This document shows, piece by piece, positions 49,016 to 62,297 of a stretch of DNA of 64,000 nt. The DNA is from Macrostomum lignano. Its lineage: Eukaryota. The translations under genes were made by a program, and so were the position numbers. The DNA lies in NCBI GenBank assembly GCA_002269645.1, contig NIVC01000397.1, positions 124,001 to 188,000 on the forward strand. The letters are read 5' to 3'. The notes under the pieces were generated by a model. That model was given only the letters and a program-made list of their open reading frames with translations, did not search any database and had not been told where the DNA came from. Within the stretch, counting starts at the first letter, position 1, and each line of letters opens with the position of its first letter.

Positions 49016-49034
49016 CTGTCTCAACCAGTCTCAC

Positions 49035-50788
49035 CTGCAGTAGAGTGACAATTCTATCCACCGTAGGGTGCTTCCTCGCCCTCCGCATAAACTGCCGGCC
49101 GCCCCTGACCCCGTGGCAGCCTCTGCGCTGTCGCTGCTGCCTCTTGGACTGCGACAGCTGAGCCCGCTGCTGCTGGCTGCCGGCTCGAGATTTGCCGGAC
49201 AGCCGGCCCTGGCGTTTCTGCTGCAGCTGCTGCTGCCGAACTGTGGCTGCCAGGCCAACAACGGTGGGAATTCGAGTCGTCTGTTGAGTGGCCGATCGCA
49301 GAAGCAACGGCTCACCGCCGCTGCCTCCTTCGCTGTTGTCACTGAGCTTCAAAAGTTCATTGCTGCTACTTGTGCTGCCTTGCCGTCCTTGATGCTGAAT
49401 CTGAACGTGCTGATGATGATGTTGATGGTGCGTGTAGTCTGTGTAGCGCTGGTGACTTCTGGCCGGCAGCTCGTATCGGGCGGCTGATGACTCGGCAAGA
49501 TCTGGCGCGGTGTCGTTTGACGAGGACAGCTCGGGGTCCGTGTCTGGGATGAGGGGCAGATGGGTTGATGGTTGGGTTGTTGAGATCGGTGGAATGCAGT
49601 GAGTTTGATGACAGCGAGGCAGGTGACGAGTTTGGTGAGAAGGAGAATAGGGAGACAAATGAGAGGGTGTCAGGTGAGAGGGTGTCAGGTGAGAGGGTGT
49701 CAGGTGAGAGGGTGTCAGGTGAGAGGGTGTCAGGTGAGAGGGTGTCAGGTGAGAGGGTGTCAGGTGAGAGGGTGTCAGGTGAGAGGTTGTCAGGTGAGAG
49801 GGTGTCAGGTAAGAGCGTGTCAGGTGAGAGGGTGTCAGGTGAGAGGGTGTCAGGTGAGAGGGAGATAGGTGAGGAGGGTGTCAGGTGAGGAGGGTGTCAG
49901 GTGAGAGGGTGTCAGGTGAGAGCGTGTCAGGTGAGAGCGTGTCAGGTGAGAGGGTGTCAGGTGAGAGGGTGTCAGGTAAGAGCGTGTCAGGTGAGAGGGT
50001 GTCAGGTGAGAGCGTGTCAGGTGAGAGGGTGTCAGGTGAGAGGGTGTCAGGTGAGAGCGTGTCAGGTGAGAGGGTGTCAGGTGAGAGGGTGTCAGGTGAG
50101 AGGGTGTCAGGTGAGAGGGTGTCAGGTGAGAGGGTGTCAGGTGAGAGGGTGTCAGGTGAGAAGGTTTCAGGTAAGAGGGTTTCAGGTAAGAGCGTGTCAG
50201 GTTAGAGGGTGTCAGGTGAGAGGGTGTCAGGTGAGGAGGGTGTCAGGTGAGGAGGGTGTCAGGTGAGAGGATGTCAGATGAGAGGGTGTCAGGTGAGACG
50301 GAGTCAGGTGAGACGGAGATAAGTGAGAGAAAGATACTTGAGAGGGAGATAGGTGAGATGAAGATAGGTGAGAGGGAGATAGGTGAGAGGGAGATAGGTG
50401 AGAGGGAGATAGGTGAGAGGGAGATAGGTGAGAGGGAGATAGGTGAAAGGGTGTCAGGTGAGAGGGTGTCAGGTGAGAGGGTGTCAGGTTAGAGGGTGTC
50501 AGGTGAGAGGGTGTCAGGTTAGACGGTGTCAAGTGAGAGTGTGAGGGAGGTAGGTGAGACAGCTACCTCTGAGGGAGGTGAGAAGGAGATAGGTGAGAGG
50601 GAGACAGAGATCAGAGAGACAGGTGAGAGACAGGTAAGAAGTGTCTCACCATCAATAACCTGGTCATCTCCCTGCCGCAGCTCTCCCCCATAACCATATC
50701 GATAGCTGCTTGCTGGCTGCTGCGGCAAATGCAACGGCCGCTTGACCGATTCCTGACCGTAACATTGAAATTCATCGTCCGAATACAT
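49035..50788 (-). CDS. Two spliced exons of an unidentified low-complexity protein (possibly the 5' end of the 44793-45956 gene)
   Basis: Exon 50788-50650 [12 protein letters not shown]...DDQVID joins in phase 1 to exon 49543-49035 DTDPELSSS...[17 protein letters not shown], ending CAG|GTGAGA. The downstream linkage through 48250-48740 is unresolved. Confidence 0.55.
49665..50525. repeat. 15-bp minisatellite (intronic)
   Basis: Unit GTCAGGTGAGAGGGT with GATAGGTGAGAGGGA variants. Confidence 0.95.
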
Positions 50789-51354
50789 CTCAGTTCAACG
50801 GCGATCCACTTCAGTTGTAGAGACGCAGTTAATACTCGTAGAAGGGTGCGCCTCAAGGACTGGAAAATTTGCTATGCTCCTAGGAACAGTTAGTATTCAT
50901 CTATTTTCCTCTTCTCTGTGGTCTACTCCCTCCTAGCGCTCTGCCCCTTCTTTTCCACCTCTCCCCATCCAGTTTCTCAGGCTGAGGCGGTTAGGTTTCC
51001 CTTTTTTCTCCCCCCCTCGCCGCCTCGCCTCCCCCTCGCCCTCGAATCGCCGCTCAACCCCTCCCCCCCCAGAGCCGTCCCGAGCATTCAAGCAGTTTCT
51101 GTAGCGAGGAAATTGAAAAAATACCAGCGCTACTTCTTACCTCTAGAATTTTTTCTCCAAGCAGAGTCAACTCGTGACCGAGAGAGAAGGAGAGAGTCTG
51201 TGTGTGTCTATCGGGCAGAGAAGCAGTTGAGAAGTCGCTCTTTTCCTATAAGGCCCTCAAAACCTGAATCGCATAATTAATAAAGCAAAATTTTGTGAGC
51301 CATCAAAAAGAAGAAAAAATCCTATTTTTTGTAGCCAGGAGTTTCTCTGGCTAG

Positions 51355-52735
<1,381 letters not shown>

Positions 52736-53999
52736 CTGCCTCTTTGTCTCCTTACTTTCTCAACTACTTCCTCCTCGCCGCTGATTTCATAACTACATAA
52801 TTAAGGCGGCTCATCTAGTCCTAGAGCAGCAGGCTTCAATCCGGGGATGAAGATCTGTAGCGATGTGCAGCAGTTTCGCTTTATAAGAAAGATAATTACA
52901 CGTTTCGCGGCTACTGCAAAGTTCCCCGATCAAGCAGAAGAGACTATCTTCGATGATCTTATATTAGTTTCTCATCTCCGGCTAACTAAATCAAATTAAC
53001 TTCCTCCATAGGGTGTGCACCAGAGTGTGTATTTGCAGAGCAGCGCAGTGTTTCCAGACATTGAATTCCCTGACACAAAAGTGACCGAGTGTGTGAAGAT
53101 TTCATTGACTCACTTTCCTTCCGTGTATCTTCTCTCTTTCACCGCGGCCTCGAGTCTGATGAGTGGAAGCAGCTGTGAAATAATCACGAGAAAATGAGCT
53201 GACAGTACGAGCTAACTATGAAACGAAATATGAGTAGCTATGAGCTTAGGGGAGGGAAGGCAGACGGATTAGAGGGCAACAGATGCTCGCGTTAGCTTAC
53301 TGTTCTGCGTCATCCCTAAGAGCGAGCATTGATACGGGTATTTGCTATGCCCAGAAGTGTATGCATGAATATGACCTGGACAAGCAATTGATTTTCAATT
53401 GTAGAGCTCACGTATTTAGGCGTGCATTTTGGCTTCACCAGGGCGGAAGAATCTTTGTAGCTCTTTGAAATTTTACTGACTGTACTTTGGAAAAAGCAAT
53501 GACATCTCAAGAGTCAGTATTTAGTCAGTAAAGTTCCCCCTCAAAAAGTCACTGACGGTCAAAAATCACAGATGGACAGGTCACTGGCAGCCAAAATCGT
53601 AGACCCTACATCATTGCACGGATACTTGCATATTTTCGTTGTCGACTGCCTCTGTTTCGAGGCAACAGGAGACTAACAGGTCTGGAAGAATGCCTATCTT
53701 GAACTGGCGTGACTGACTGCTACCAGACTGACTCGTTCAGAGTTTCTGTCTGCTGCAAATCTGTGACGGAAAACCAATGCTCTGGCACAGGAAATTTAAA
53801 GCGACTTTGGCAGTCACTAAGGGGTTAAAACATGTTCTAAGTAACACCACGAGTCTTTGTGAACAAGTTTCTATTGGGCTTTGACTGCACTACCTCGGCG
53901 ATATTTTTGCCATCTTACATTTAATCCCTAGCTCTGTGAGATCTGCCGGCCCAACTTCATACATTTCTACTTTCAGTAGTTGATCTTTCCACTAGACAA

Positions 54000-55641
54000 G
54001 AACGTCAACTCAACCGGACGTCTAACGTCAACCGGAGAGGCGGCTCAGCGTGCTTGGCTACGCCGACGAAATCGCCCTGCCGTCCTCAACTGTTGAGGGC
54101 GCCCAGCGACAACTGGACAGGCTGGTTACTGTTGCGGCGAGTGTCGGCCTGTGTAGAGTGTTCTAAATCATAAAATTGTTAATGTAGAGGTTTATTCATA
54201 GACTGCTACTGTAAGTAGACTAATGCATGAAGCATGTTACTATTTATAACGAACAATGAATCACCTTACTATTTATAACGCAAAGAAGAGTCATGTTACT
54301 ATTTCTACCAAAAAGATGAATCATGCTGCTATTTATATTTCGCAAAAGCTGCCTATAAATACAAGTGGTCCGAAGCGGACCGGAGCTACAACAGAGAACC
54401 TTCCCAAGGGAAGAAGAGCTCCGAAGAGGAAGTCGGCGAGGAACTTCCCTCAGACCAAGTCAACCGAGACTCGTCTGAGTTCTTGCGGTAAGCTTTACTC
54501 ATTTGCGCCAGGTGTTAGAATCGACTCGATATTATTGTTGTGACTGAGTCTATTTGAGACTCCATTGGTTGTAGTCTCCAGAAGGACTACCCTGATAGCC
54601 ATCAAAGACTATCAGTGATTACCGGAGCTATACCTAGAGTGTATTAAGACACTGCTAGAAGGAGAAGGAAGGCGCAGGGATCCCCATTGTTGATTCAAGG
54701 CTTCTGATTGGTCCGAACGACAGATACCGGCCGGAGACAACTTCGTTCGAAGTAAAATGGAACCTGGACCAGAACAACTAGATCAAGATGACTGGACGGA
54801 TTGAGACCGAGAACTACACACCGGAAGAGATCTACTGATCAGAACTCAAGGTAAGGGATGCCTTCATTTGATTACTGGGTTGCCTAGCAGTAGCTGGAAG
54901 TGATTGTTCCTTGATTACTAAGAAAGTCTAGGAACACATTACCTGGTGGTCAACACGCAGAAGACCGTCGTGCTCTGCGTGCCGGACAAACATCGAGGCT
55001 GCGATTTCGTGCCGAGTCGCTGATGGACAGGCGACAGAACTTCCGCGTTGTCAGCAGCTCGTCTACCTCGGCGGTCTCGTTCCCGGCGTCCGCGAGGATT
55101 TGCGGCGTCGCCGTGGTCTTGCCTGGGCTGCCTTTCGTTCTGTGAGGGCAGTCCTACAGTCCAAGGCCTAACCTGACCGCCAGAGGGCGGCGTTGTTCCA
55201 GGCGGTGATCGAGACCGTCCTGCTGTACAACGCCGAGACCTGGACGCTGACGGAGTCGCTCGAGCAACAAGTTGACGCGGCGCACGCTAGCCTGCTGCGC
55301 GCCGCCTTCAAGATCGGCTACGAGCGAGTGACCAACGCGGCTTTGGATCACCGCGCCGGCCTGGTCCGTCCAAGCAACCTGTTGCGCCGTCGGCGACTCC
55401 AGCTGGCAGGCCACATCATCCGCGCCGAGTCGTACTGCCCGCAGCCGGTGCAGAAGTGGTGCTGCTAACGCTGCAGGCACCCTAACCGGCGGGGGCAGGC
55501 CCACACTCGGCGTTTCGTCGACTGCCTGCTGGCTGACGCCGGCGCCCCGGATTCGGCCGGCGGCGTGGCGTTCATTCGCGACCTGGCCTTGACGCGCCCT
55601 GTGACGCTGAACGCGTATTCTGTTGTTGTTGTTGTTGTTGT
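54000..55641 (+). mobile_element. 5'-truncated, decayed RTE-type non-LTR retrotransposon (RT C-terminal half), split by a solo LTR
   Basis: LGYADEIAL (YADD-like) at about 54050-54080, resuming at 54942 with LVVNTQKT, VYLG, LLYNAETWTL and RLQLAGHI. In-frame stops are present, and it ends in a (TGT)n tail at about 55620-55641. Confidence 0.8.
54152..54941. mobile_element. Probable solo LTR (790 bp)
   Basis: Starts TGTAGAGTGTTC, ends GAACACATTA, 4-bp TSD CCTG at 54148-54151 and 54942-54945. Removing it restores the RTE frame (..SVGL|VVN..). TATA-like CCTATAAAT at about 54352. Confidence 0.75.
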
Positions 55642-56716
55642 TTCCCACTAATTATATTTTAGCAACACAGGTAGCTTTCATTAAATATTAAAGTATACCC
55701 AGATAATCTGGGCGAAACATAGGATATTTAAACTGAAAAGTTAGTCCAAAACGAGCACACTCTAAGAGTGAAACGCTATCAAAGAAGCCGGGACCGGATC
55801 AGCGGTAGTTAACGCGTCCGACTCTCGCATCACAGTACCCAGGGTCAGCGGAATGAGCCTGACTGCTTGTGTCCTCGCTGACTTGCTGACTTCCACCAAG
55901 AGGCCCCTTGCAAACTGACTAACTAAGCCTTCAGAAGGCCGATGTTAATGATTTAAAATTGATTTTTAAGTTGAAGAAAGTTTCCCAAGGCATAAAGTGA
56001 ACCCTCAGTTGGATGCATATTCTGATTTTTTAAGGACTGCTTTAGAATTTTAGTCATAGCTACGAGTATATTTCAATATTGAACAAATGGTCGAAGAGAG
56101 CATTTCTATTGTCGATGCGTACCAACAAGAAACTATTAGTTTCAGGACAGCACAGCTTAGTGCCAAAGTGAACGAGTAAACTATATAAAATATTGTTTTA
56201 ATCAATAGAAGGGGAGTTAGGTACAATTCCGGAGTTGAAAAAGCGACATAATAGTCCATAGAATATGATCAGATGATACTTATATATTAATCCTTTATCC
56301 TTTCACGCGTCAATATCGTGTAATGCCAGGTGCAAAATCTAAAAATAGGTGAGAGTACATAAAGGTAATTCGCCAGAAAGTTTGATAACAAAGAAGAGAA
56401 TAATAAATCAGTTCTAATGGGACAAATTATCAACAGCCAATCAATACAGAAAATATCTTGGTGAAGAAAATAATTAGAATATCGGATAACATTTAGTCTC
56501 CGCTAAAGCACTTAGTTTGTCCTTGTTCGGATTGGCTAATTTGCATTGGTAATTAGCAATCTGTGACCAATCAGAGCTTCAGGCAAGTCCGCGATCAAAT
56601 CCAGCCGGTGGTATTTGTGCCTGAAGCGGAACAGAGTTATTCATCAAATCTGTGACTGACTAACTGGTGCCTCCATAGAGATTTGATTAGCACTAAAGCT
56701 TAGATAGAGAACTCAC

Positions 56717-59695
56717 CGTCTAGACTTTGAGTAGAATAAACCAGGCGGAATCCTTTCGAAGTAACGCTTGAGTCAGTTTTGAATCGAAGCAGCACAGGAC
56801 CTTGCAGGCTTAGTGAAACTCCAGTGGCATTGTTGTTAACCAGACTCGTTGTCAGCTTGCTATCGTCCACCTCATCAGAGATGCTGAATCTGTCGTATAT
56901 GAAGATTTTGTCACAGCAGTTCTCAATGTCCACTTCTTCCATCCGGATGTTGACGGGGCCCGTCGTGTCGATCAGCCATTGGTAGTCTTTGTTATTAGCG
57001 TATCTTGCGTACATCGACGATCCATAGTTGTTTGGACACTTGATCGTGCCCAAGTCCTCCGAAACTAAAAGAAATGCGGTCAACTTGCACCCGATTTACA
57101 TTCTAAAGCCATTGTGTACGTCGTTAAGTTGCGACTACTAATAACGAAACTGATCAAATTAAACTCTATTAGTTACCTTATACACCTACGACTACCCTCT
57201 TACTCTTAAAGTAGCTTACACTTCTACTCAAAGACGAAGACTACTAGACGAAATGTTCCTAGTGGTCTTTGCTCAGAGAAAAGTACTCTCGTTACTCTCG
57301 CACTCAATTTGCAATTTTGGGTAAAACGATCACACACAAACGCACACACATACCTACCGAAAAATCATTTTTAGTATATGGACTAGCAATCTAGTGCGGC
57401 CCCCCTTTGGGGCGCCCAATAAGCAAGGAGCAAAAATAGTTAATGTACATATTTAACCCTCTCAGTGGTGAATGCAATCGTAAAAAATTCAATACCTCAA
57501 GCTCACCTACAACCGGTCCGCGTCTGTAAGAGAACGCAATGCCCCGACCATCAAAGCGTCTGCCAGTTTTAACTCTAATCAGCAGGGGTCCCGTCAGGAC
57601 AAAGTCCGCTGACGTGGCATTCGCGTCAGTCAGAATGAACAGCAAGTTTTGCTCATCGGCATCGGCGCTTGCTTGATCAGAAATTGCAAACACCTCAATG
57701 AAGCTTCCATCTGCTCCGAGATTCGACCGGTTGAATGCCAACTTGTAAGCATATTTGCCCGGAATCAGCCACTTATACTCCATCCACTTCTCCATTGTCC
57801 TGTTAGCATCGGTTGTGTGCTGAATCATTGCAAAACTTTGGGACTGATTGGCGAAAACTGAAACTGTTTGAAAGTAGCGGGGCATCAGAGATGATTGGAA
57901 AAAGTCAGAGGAAGTGTAAAAAGTGCAATTACCAGTCCTAGGCTCGATGGAATAGAACAAGTCGAAGCCCTGACCGACTAGCCGTTTATCCGTGCTAAAC
58001 CGGATCAGCACGGGACCAATCAGCTTATACGTTGCCGATGTCGCATTCGCCTGTGTCAGTGTGAACCTCAGCTTGCTCTCTTCTGGCTCATCGGTTTCTC
58101 CATCAGTCATCTCGTACAACTGGATGATGTCATTTCCGTAGCCAATGTCAGCAGATGTGACAGTGATGAGGACGAAATTCCTTCTGTTGATGGTCCATCT
58201 GTACTCCATCTCGTTAGCGTAAGTCGAGCCAGTCTCTTCGGGACAACTAAAGCTACCAGAGTCATTGGTCATGGCAACGTGCACTGAAAATGTGAATAAA
58301 TTTTAAGCACCACATTGCCCACATTGTGCAAAGTAGGAACTTAGTGCCAATCAGCAGATTAATATTATCGCAATACAATGTGCAACTAAAGAATTCTCAC
58401 CACTTCTGATCTGATAATCGAAAACAACTTGACCGCTCGCCGAAGCAGAGTTGTTGGGCGAATATACAACTGCAAGGATGCCTTTGTGCGTCACGTGATT
58501 CGCAAATGGGATCCGTCTCGCGCTTCTCAGCATCGCTGGGCTGCTTAGCAGATCCATGTCGCCAGCGAATATCTCTACAGAAGATGAAGTCGTGATACGG
58601 TTAAAGATGACGTGCGTCAGGAAATCATGAGAACCAGTTGGTGCCACAATCCACTTTGTGCTCGAAGGTCTCGGGAGGACGGTAGATCCTTCCGCCGGAT
58701 TGCAGAGTCTCATGCCTCTGCTGCCCCTGATCACCTCGGTTGCTGGTGAAGCCTCTGAAAGATTCAGTTGTGTTTCAGTGCTCATGATTTGGTGGTCTTT
58801 GGAATCAAATGACTGAGACGGAGGTTCTGGCCAGATTTTTTTTGGCGATGCAGTCACAATAATGGTAAGCTCATAATCCTGGGGGGCGTAGCCCAGCGGT
58901 CCAGCGCAGGCTCTAGTGTGCCAGCGACCCAGGCTCGATTCCAAGTGCAGTCACATTAATTTGGGGCTGAATTGGAATCTCGGCTTGGCTCTGCTCGTGC
59001 AATTAACGCCCTTGAGAGCCAACCCCCCAAGGCGCAGTGAAGTGTACATGCCTAACGATAAAATAAGTTAGGGCCGCTGTACACTCATGTTTGAATGTGT
59101 GCCTGCGTACGTATCCGCGCGCTTGTATGCCTGCTCAGGGGAGTCGGCGGAATGGGCAGTAATGCCTCTCGCCGGTTGTGTGCCTATGTCGCTAAAAGTG
59201 CTCCAGGGTGCTCACAACCCCCCTGCCTCTAATAAAAAAATAATATAAAGCTCATAATCCTTGAATGAGGGCGTACTTGGATGTAAGAAATCGCTAAGGT
59301 GTTAACTTAAAAAGGTGATCTCTGAGTAGGAAGTTTTCTGAATCTTCAGCAAAACAAGGAATTACCTTCAGCCGAACCATCAGCTGTGTAAGTGAGCTTG
59401 AAGTCCCTGCGGCTGCCGTCGCTGTTGGCTGTGAACCGAAGCAGCACGGGACCGGACAGTCGGAACTCTGACTGGCTGGCACTCGAATCGGAAACCACAA
59501 ATTTCAGATTGTCCTCCGTCTCAGACCTCGTGTTTTGGTACAGGTACACTTTGTCCCCAGCAGGAAGATTGATGGAGCTGAACCTGATGCGAACCGTGCC
59601 GCTTCTGTCGATGATCCATCGATGGTCCAGGTTGCCAACAGTTGCTTCACTTTGCGAGGAGTAACTGATTTCTCCTTCGGCATCACTCAGAGAAA
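56717..59695 (-). CDS. Five tandem CUB-like domain exons of a larger extracellular protein (5' and 3' ends not located)
   Basis: Phase 1-1 exons 59695-59366, 58754-58401, 58283-57933, 57863-57507 and 57064-56717. CUB hallmarks include YANNKDYQWLI, ENCCDKIFIYD, GPVLLRFKTDSSVTSKGFRLVY and YANEMEYRWTI...GPVLIRFSTDKRLVGQGFDLFY. Confidence 0.85.
58881..59247 (+). mobile_element. Full-length tRNA-derived SINE (367 bp) with a 14-bp TSD, intronic in the CUB gene
   Basis: A-box TAGCCCAGCGG, B-box GGCTCGATTCC, A-rich tail AATAAAAAAATAATAT, and TSD AAGCTCATAATCCT at 58867-58880 and 59248-59261. Confidence 0.88.
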
Positions 59696-60154
59696 CTGAA
59701 ATTTGTGGCAGGCGTTTAGGAGGTCAAATCTAGAGGTCAAAGCGGCCTGCTTTGAACTATAAGATGCAATAAGAGGAAAGGGTGGAACTACTTAGATGAC
59801 AAAGACGCAGCAGACTTCTGTAGTGAGTCGCTAGTTTAGTTAGGCGCCGCACTAGTCAGCTGTTGCCCTCGCCTTCTCCCAGGTTTCTGTCTGCCGCTGG
59901 GCAGTTGCCTGTCCCTCCCGCCTGTCCCCTGGCCTGTCCTCTGCCCGTTTGTCTGTCTGTCTGTTTGTCCTCGTTTGCCCCCTTTTGTCTCGTTTTCCCT
60001 TTTTTGCAGTGCCCAGACAGCTTGGTCTGGCCTGCCTCTGTTTCGTTCCCTGTTTGGCATCTCCAAATTTGGAATGCCTTTCTGTTTTCCGGTCCCACGG
60101 TCACGAGTGCCTTCACTTGTGGGCCTTTTCCCCTTGTCATGTGAGTCAGTCACA

Positions 60155-60951
60155 TGACAAGGCCCTCTTCCTTCTTTAGTCCAAAGTGCAATGATTTCAT
60201 CATTGTACGCTGGGCTCGTGTTTATGGGGAGATCACGTGCGCCCGGACCCCCCTTGCCTCCTCTGAGGCAGGGCCCGCTTGTTTGTTGCTAAAAATAGCA
60301 ACAGAGTCACTTATGACTCTCAGCGGGGGCCTTTCGTGCTATGGTGCAATCGATCCTCCCTATAAATGCAGCCCCTCTCCTGGCTTGGCTCAGACAAGCC
60401 TTTCTTTCCTTCCGTTAACCGGCCCTTCCGTTTCAGCCTCTCGTTTCTGCGTTTTCAGCGTTCCTACCGTTCCTCGCGTTCCTAGCTTTCCAAGCTTTCC
60501 TAGCGTTCCTTCCGTTTCGTTTCTAGCGAACTCTAAGTTGTGTGCCAAGTTGACGCTTAAGTTGAACTCCAAGACTCCCGACTTTGCGCGTGACTGCCTC
60601 TGGCTCTGATTGTTCCTGCTATCAGCTAGCAGGCCAGCTCAGATCGCCCGAAGCTAGCACTTTCGCTCTCACCCCGCACCAGCCCGGCAGGGACTGCTGA
60701 CGGTGGGCACCTCTGCGCGAGAACTGCTAAATCTGCACGAAGTGCGAGTCTCTTTCTCTCGTCTTAGTTATTTGCTTCTACGAGCTCAGCACCTCACCGA
60801 AGGCTGCGACTCTGCGAAGCTGGTGGCAGCACTACCAACGCTACTAGATCAACCCGGAGACTTCCCAGAGGAGCTCAAGCAACTGTACTTCACCGGGGCA
60901 GCGTTCCTATTGAAGGCCTCTAGACAACCACAGGCAAGAACCTGTACTTCA
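60155..60951 (+). mobile_element. 5' LTR of a Ty3/Gypsy element (left boundary uncertain, could be near 59820)
   Basis: Ends ...ACTTCA immediately before a PBS. TATA CCTATAAAT at about 60359. Confidence 0.55.
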
Positions 60952-60952
60952 C

Positions 60953-60976
60953 TGGTGACTCAGCGGTGGGATTCGA
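60953..60976 (+). promoter_or_regulatory. Primer binding site complementary to a tRNA 3' end (Leu-like)
   Basis: TGGTGACTCAGCGGTGGGATTCGA, whose reverse complement resembles TCGAATCCCACCGCTG...CACCA. Confidence 0.7.
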
Positions 60977-61085
60977 CGAGTCAACGACACGACTATCTGG
61001 GATCCGACAAGTCAAGATTCGACTACTACTACACCCAAGACAACCGCTCTTTCGAGTAAGAATTCGGCTATTCTACTAATTTGAA

Positions 61086-62254
61086 ATGTTTAACGAGAGA
61101 GAAGAGAGCCGGTGCAGCAGCCGGCTGGATCAGCACATCAGCAGTTCGAGACCTGCAGCAGCATCGGCTGCCGCAGCAGCAGCGGTCAACGACCTTGGTC
61201 AGCAGATGCCGCGGCGAAGTGCGAGAAGCGAAGTGTCCGAAGACCCGCCAGACGAGCTTCTGCCAGGTTTGGACGACCTCGGCCAGAACATCAGGCCCCA
61301 GGATGTGAGAACGATGATGGCAGCTCTGCAGCAGCAGATGGAGCGGCCGGTAAGCAAATCTGTTAAGATTGTAAAGTACACGCCCAGCCAGGACATCCAC
61401 GTCTGGCTCGCCGCGTTCGAGCAGCGCTGCGAGATGGAGCGTATCGAAGACCCGATCGAGATGAAGCAGCACCTCGTTGCGAGTCTAGATCTGGCAACCG
61501 CTTACCCGGCTCTGCTCAGTATGCACCTCCCACGCTATGCTGGCTACGAGGAGGTCAGGCAGCGACTGATCGAGAGATTCGCCCGCCACGGTGGCGCGGA
61601 TGAATATCGAGAGCTGCTGAGGCGCCGTCAGCAAGGCAAGAATGAGTCAGCAGAAGAGTACGCTGATGCCCTGCGCACCTTGGGAGAGCGAGCGTACCCT
61701 CGAATGCACCCTGAGGATCGAGAGCGGGAGCTGGCTGATCAGTTCCTAGCTGGCATCAGGACGACACCAGATCTGCGCGAGCGGCTCTATTGGGTCCGCC
61801 CGAACAATCTGCTGGCCGCTATTCGAGAACTCCATCGTCTGGAAGGCGCCAAGGAACTGGCGCAGCGCTCTGCTCAACCCCCGGTTCGCATGCTGAACGG
61901 GGAGCGCGACGGTGACCCGACGCCCGACGCCACCGCTCAAGCTCTCCTGGCTCTGACTGATCTGCTAGAGAAACAGCAGCGACTGCTAGACAACCTGGTG
62001 CAGCGTGACCAGCAGCAGAAACGAGTCCGCCGGCGAAAGCCATGATCTGCTATGGCTGTGGTCAGCCTGGTCATCGCAATGCACAGTGCCCGTTACGCCA
62101 GAACCAGGGAAACGGCGAGACGGAGAGCGCCCACGGCAACGCCCTCCGCAGAGCCCAAGCCCCGGCTACTTGGCAGACTCCGAACGCTCACCAGAAGAAG
62201 AGGATGTCGGCTGCGCAGACGCCAATGCCCAGTCCGACAGTCGCTCATCAGTAA
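61086..62254 (+). mobile_element. Gypsy gag (capsid-like ORF 61086-62045) plus a CCHC zinc knuckle in a shifted frame (62042-62254)
   Basis: WLAAFEQRC and RQQGKNESAEEYADALRTL are retrotransposon-gag-like. ICYGCGQPGHRNAQCP fits CX2CX4HX4C. Confidence 0.85.
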
Positions 62255-62297
62255 GTGAGGCTGAGTGCGGAGGTTTCGTGGACACCTCCGATGATAA

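Noticed and set aside
52800-53500. Possible small minus-strand exons (for example GHIHAYTSGHSKYPYQC, EFNVWKHCAALQIH) linking the CUB gene to downstream exons
   Set aside because: Several mutually incompatible phase solutions and no recognisable domain; cannot be supported without transcripts.
53520-53830. piggyBac-like MITE end GGCAGTCACTAAGGGGTTAA
   Set aside because: Only one terminus is recognisable, with no matching left TIR or TTAA duplication.
55786-55850. tRNA-like fragment GGATCAGCGGTAGTTAACGCGTCCGACTC
   Set aside because: Only an A-box-like part, with no B-box or stem structure.
58351-58944. SINE apparently disrupting a CUB coding exon
   Set aside because: A phase-1 acceptor (ctttcag at 58757-58755) places the exon start downstream, so the SINE is intronic.
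60703-61059. 118-aa ORF upstream of gag
   Set aside because: It starts at GTG, overlaps the LTR end and PBS, and has no recognisable motif.
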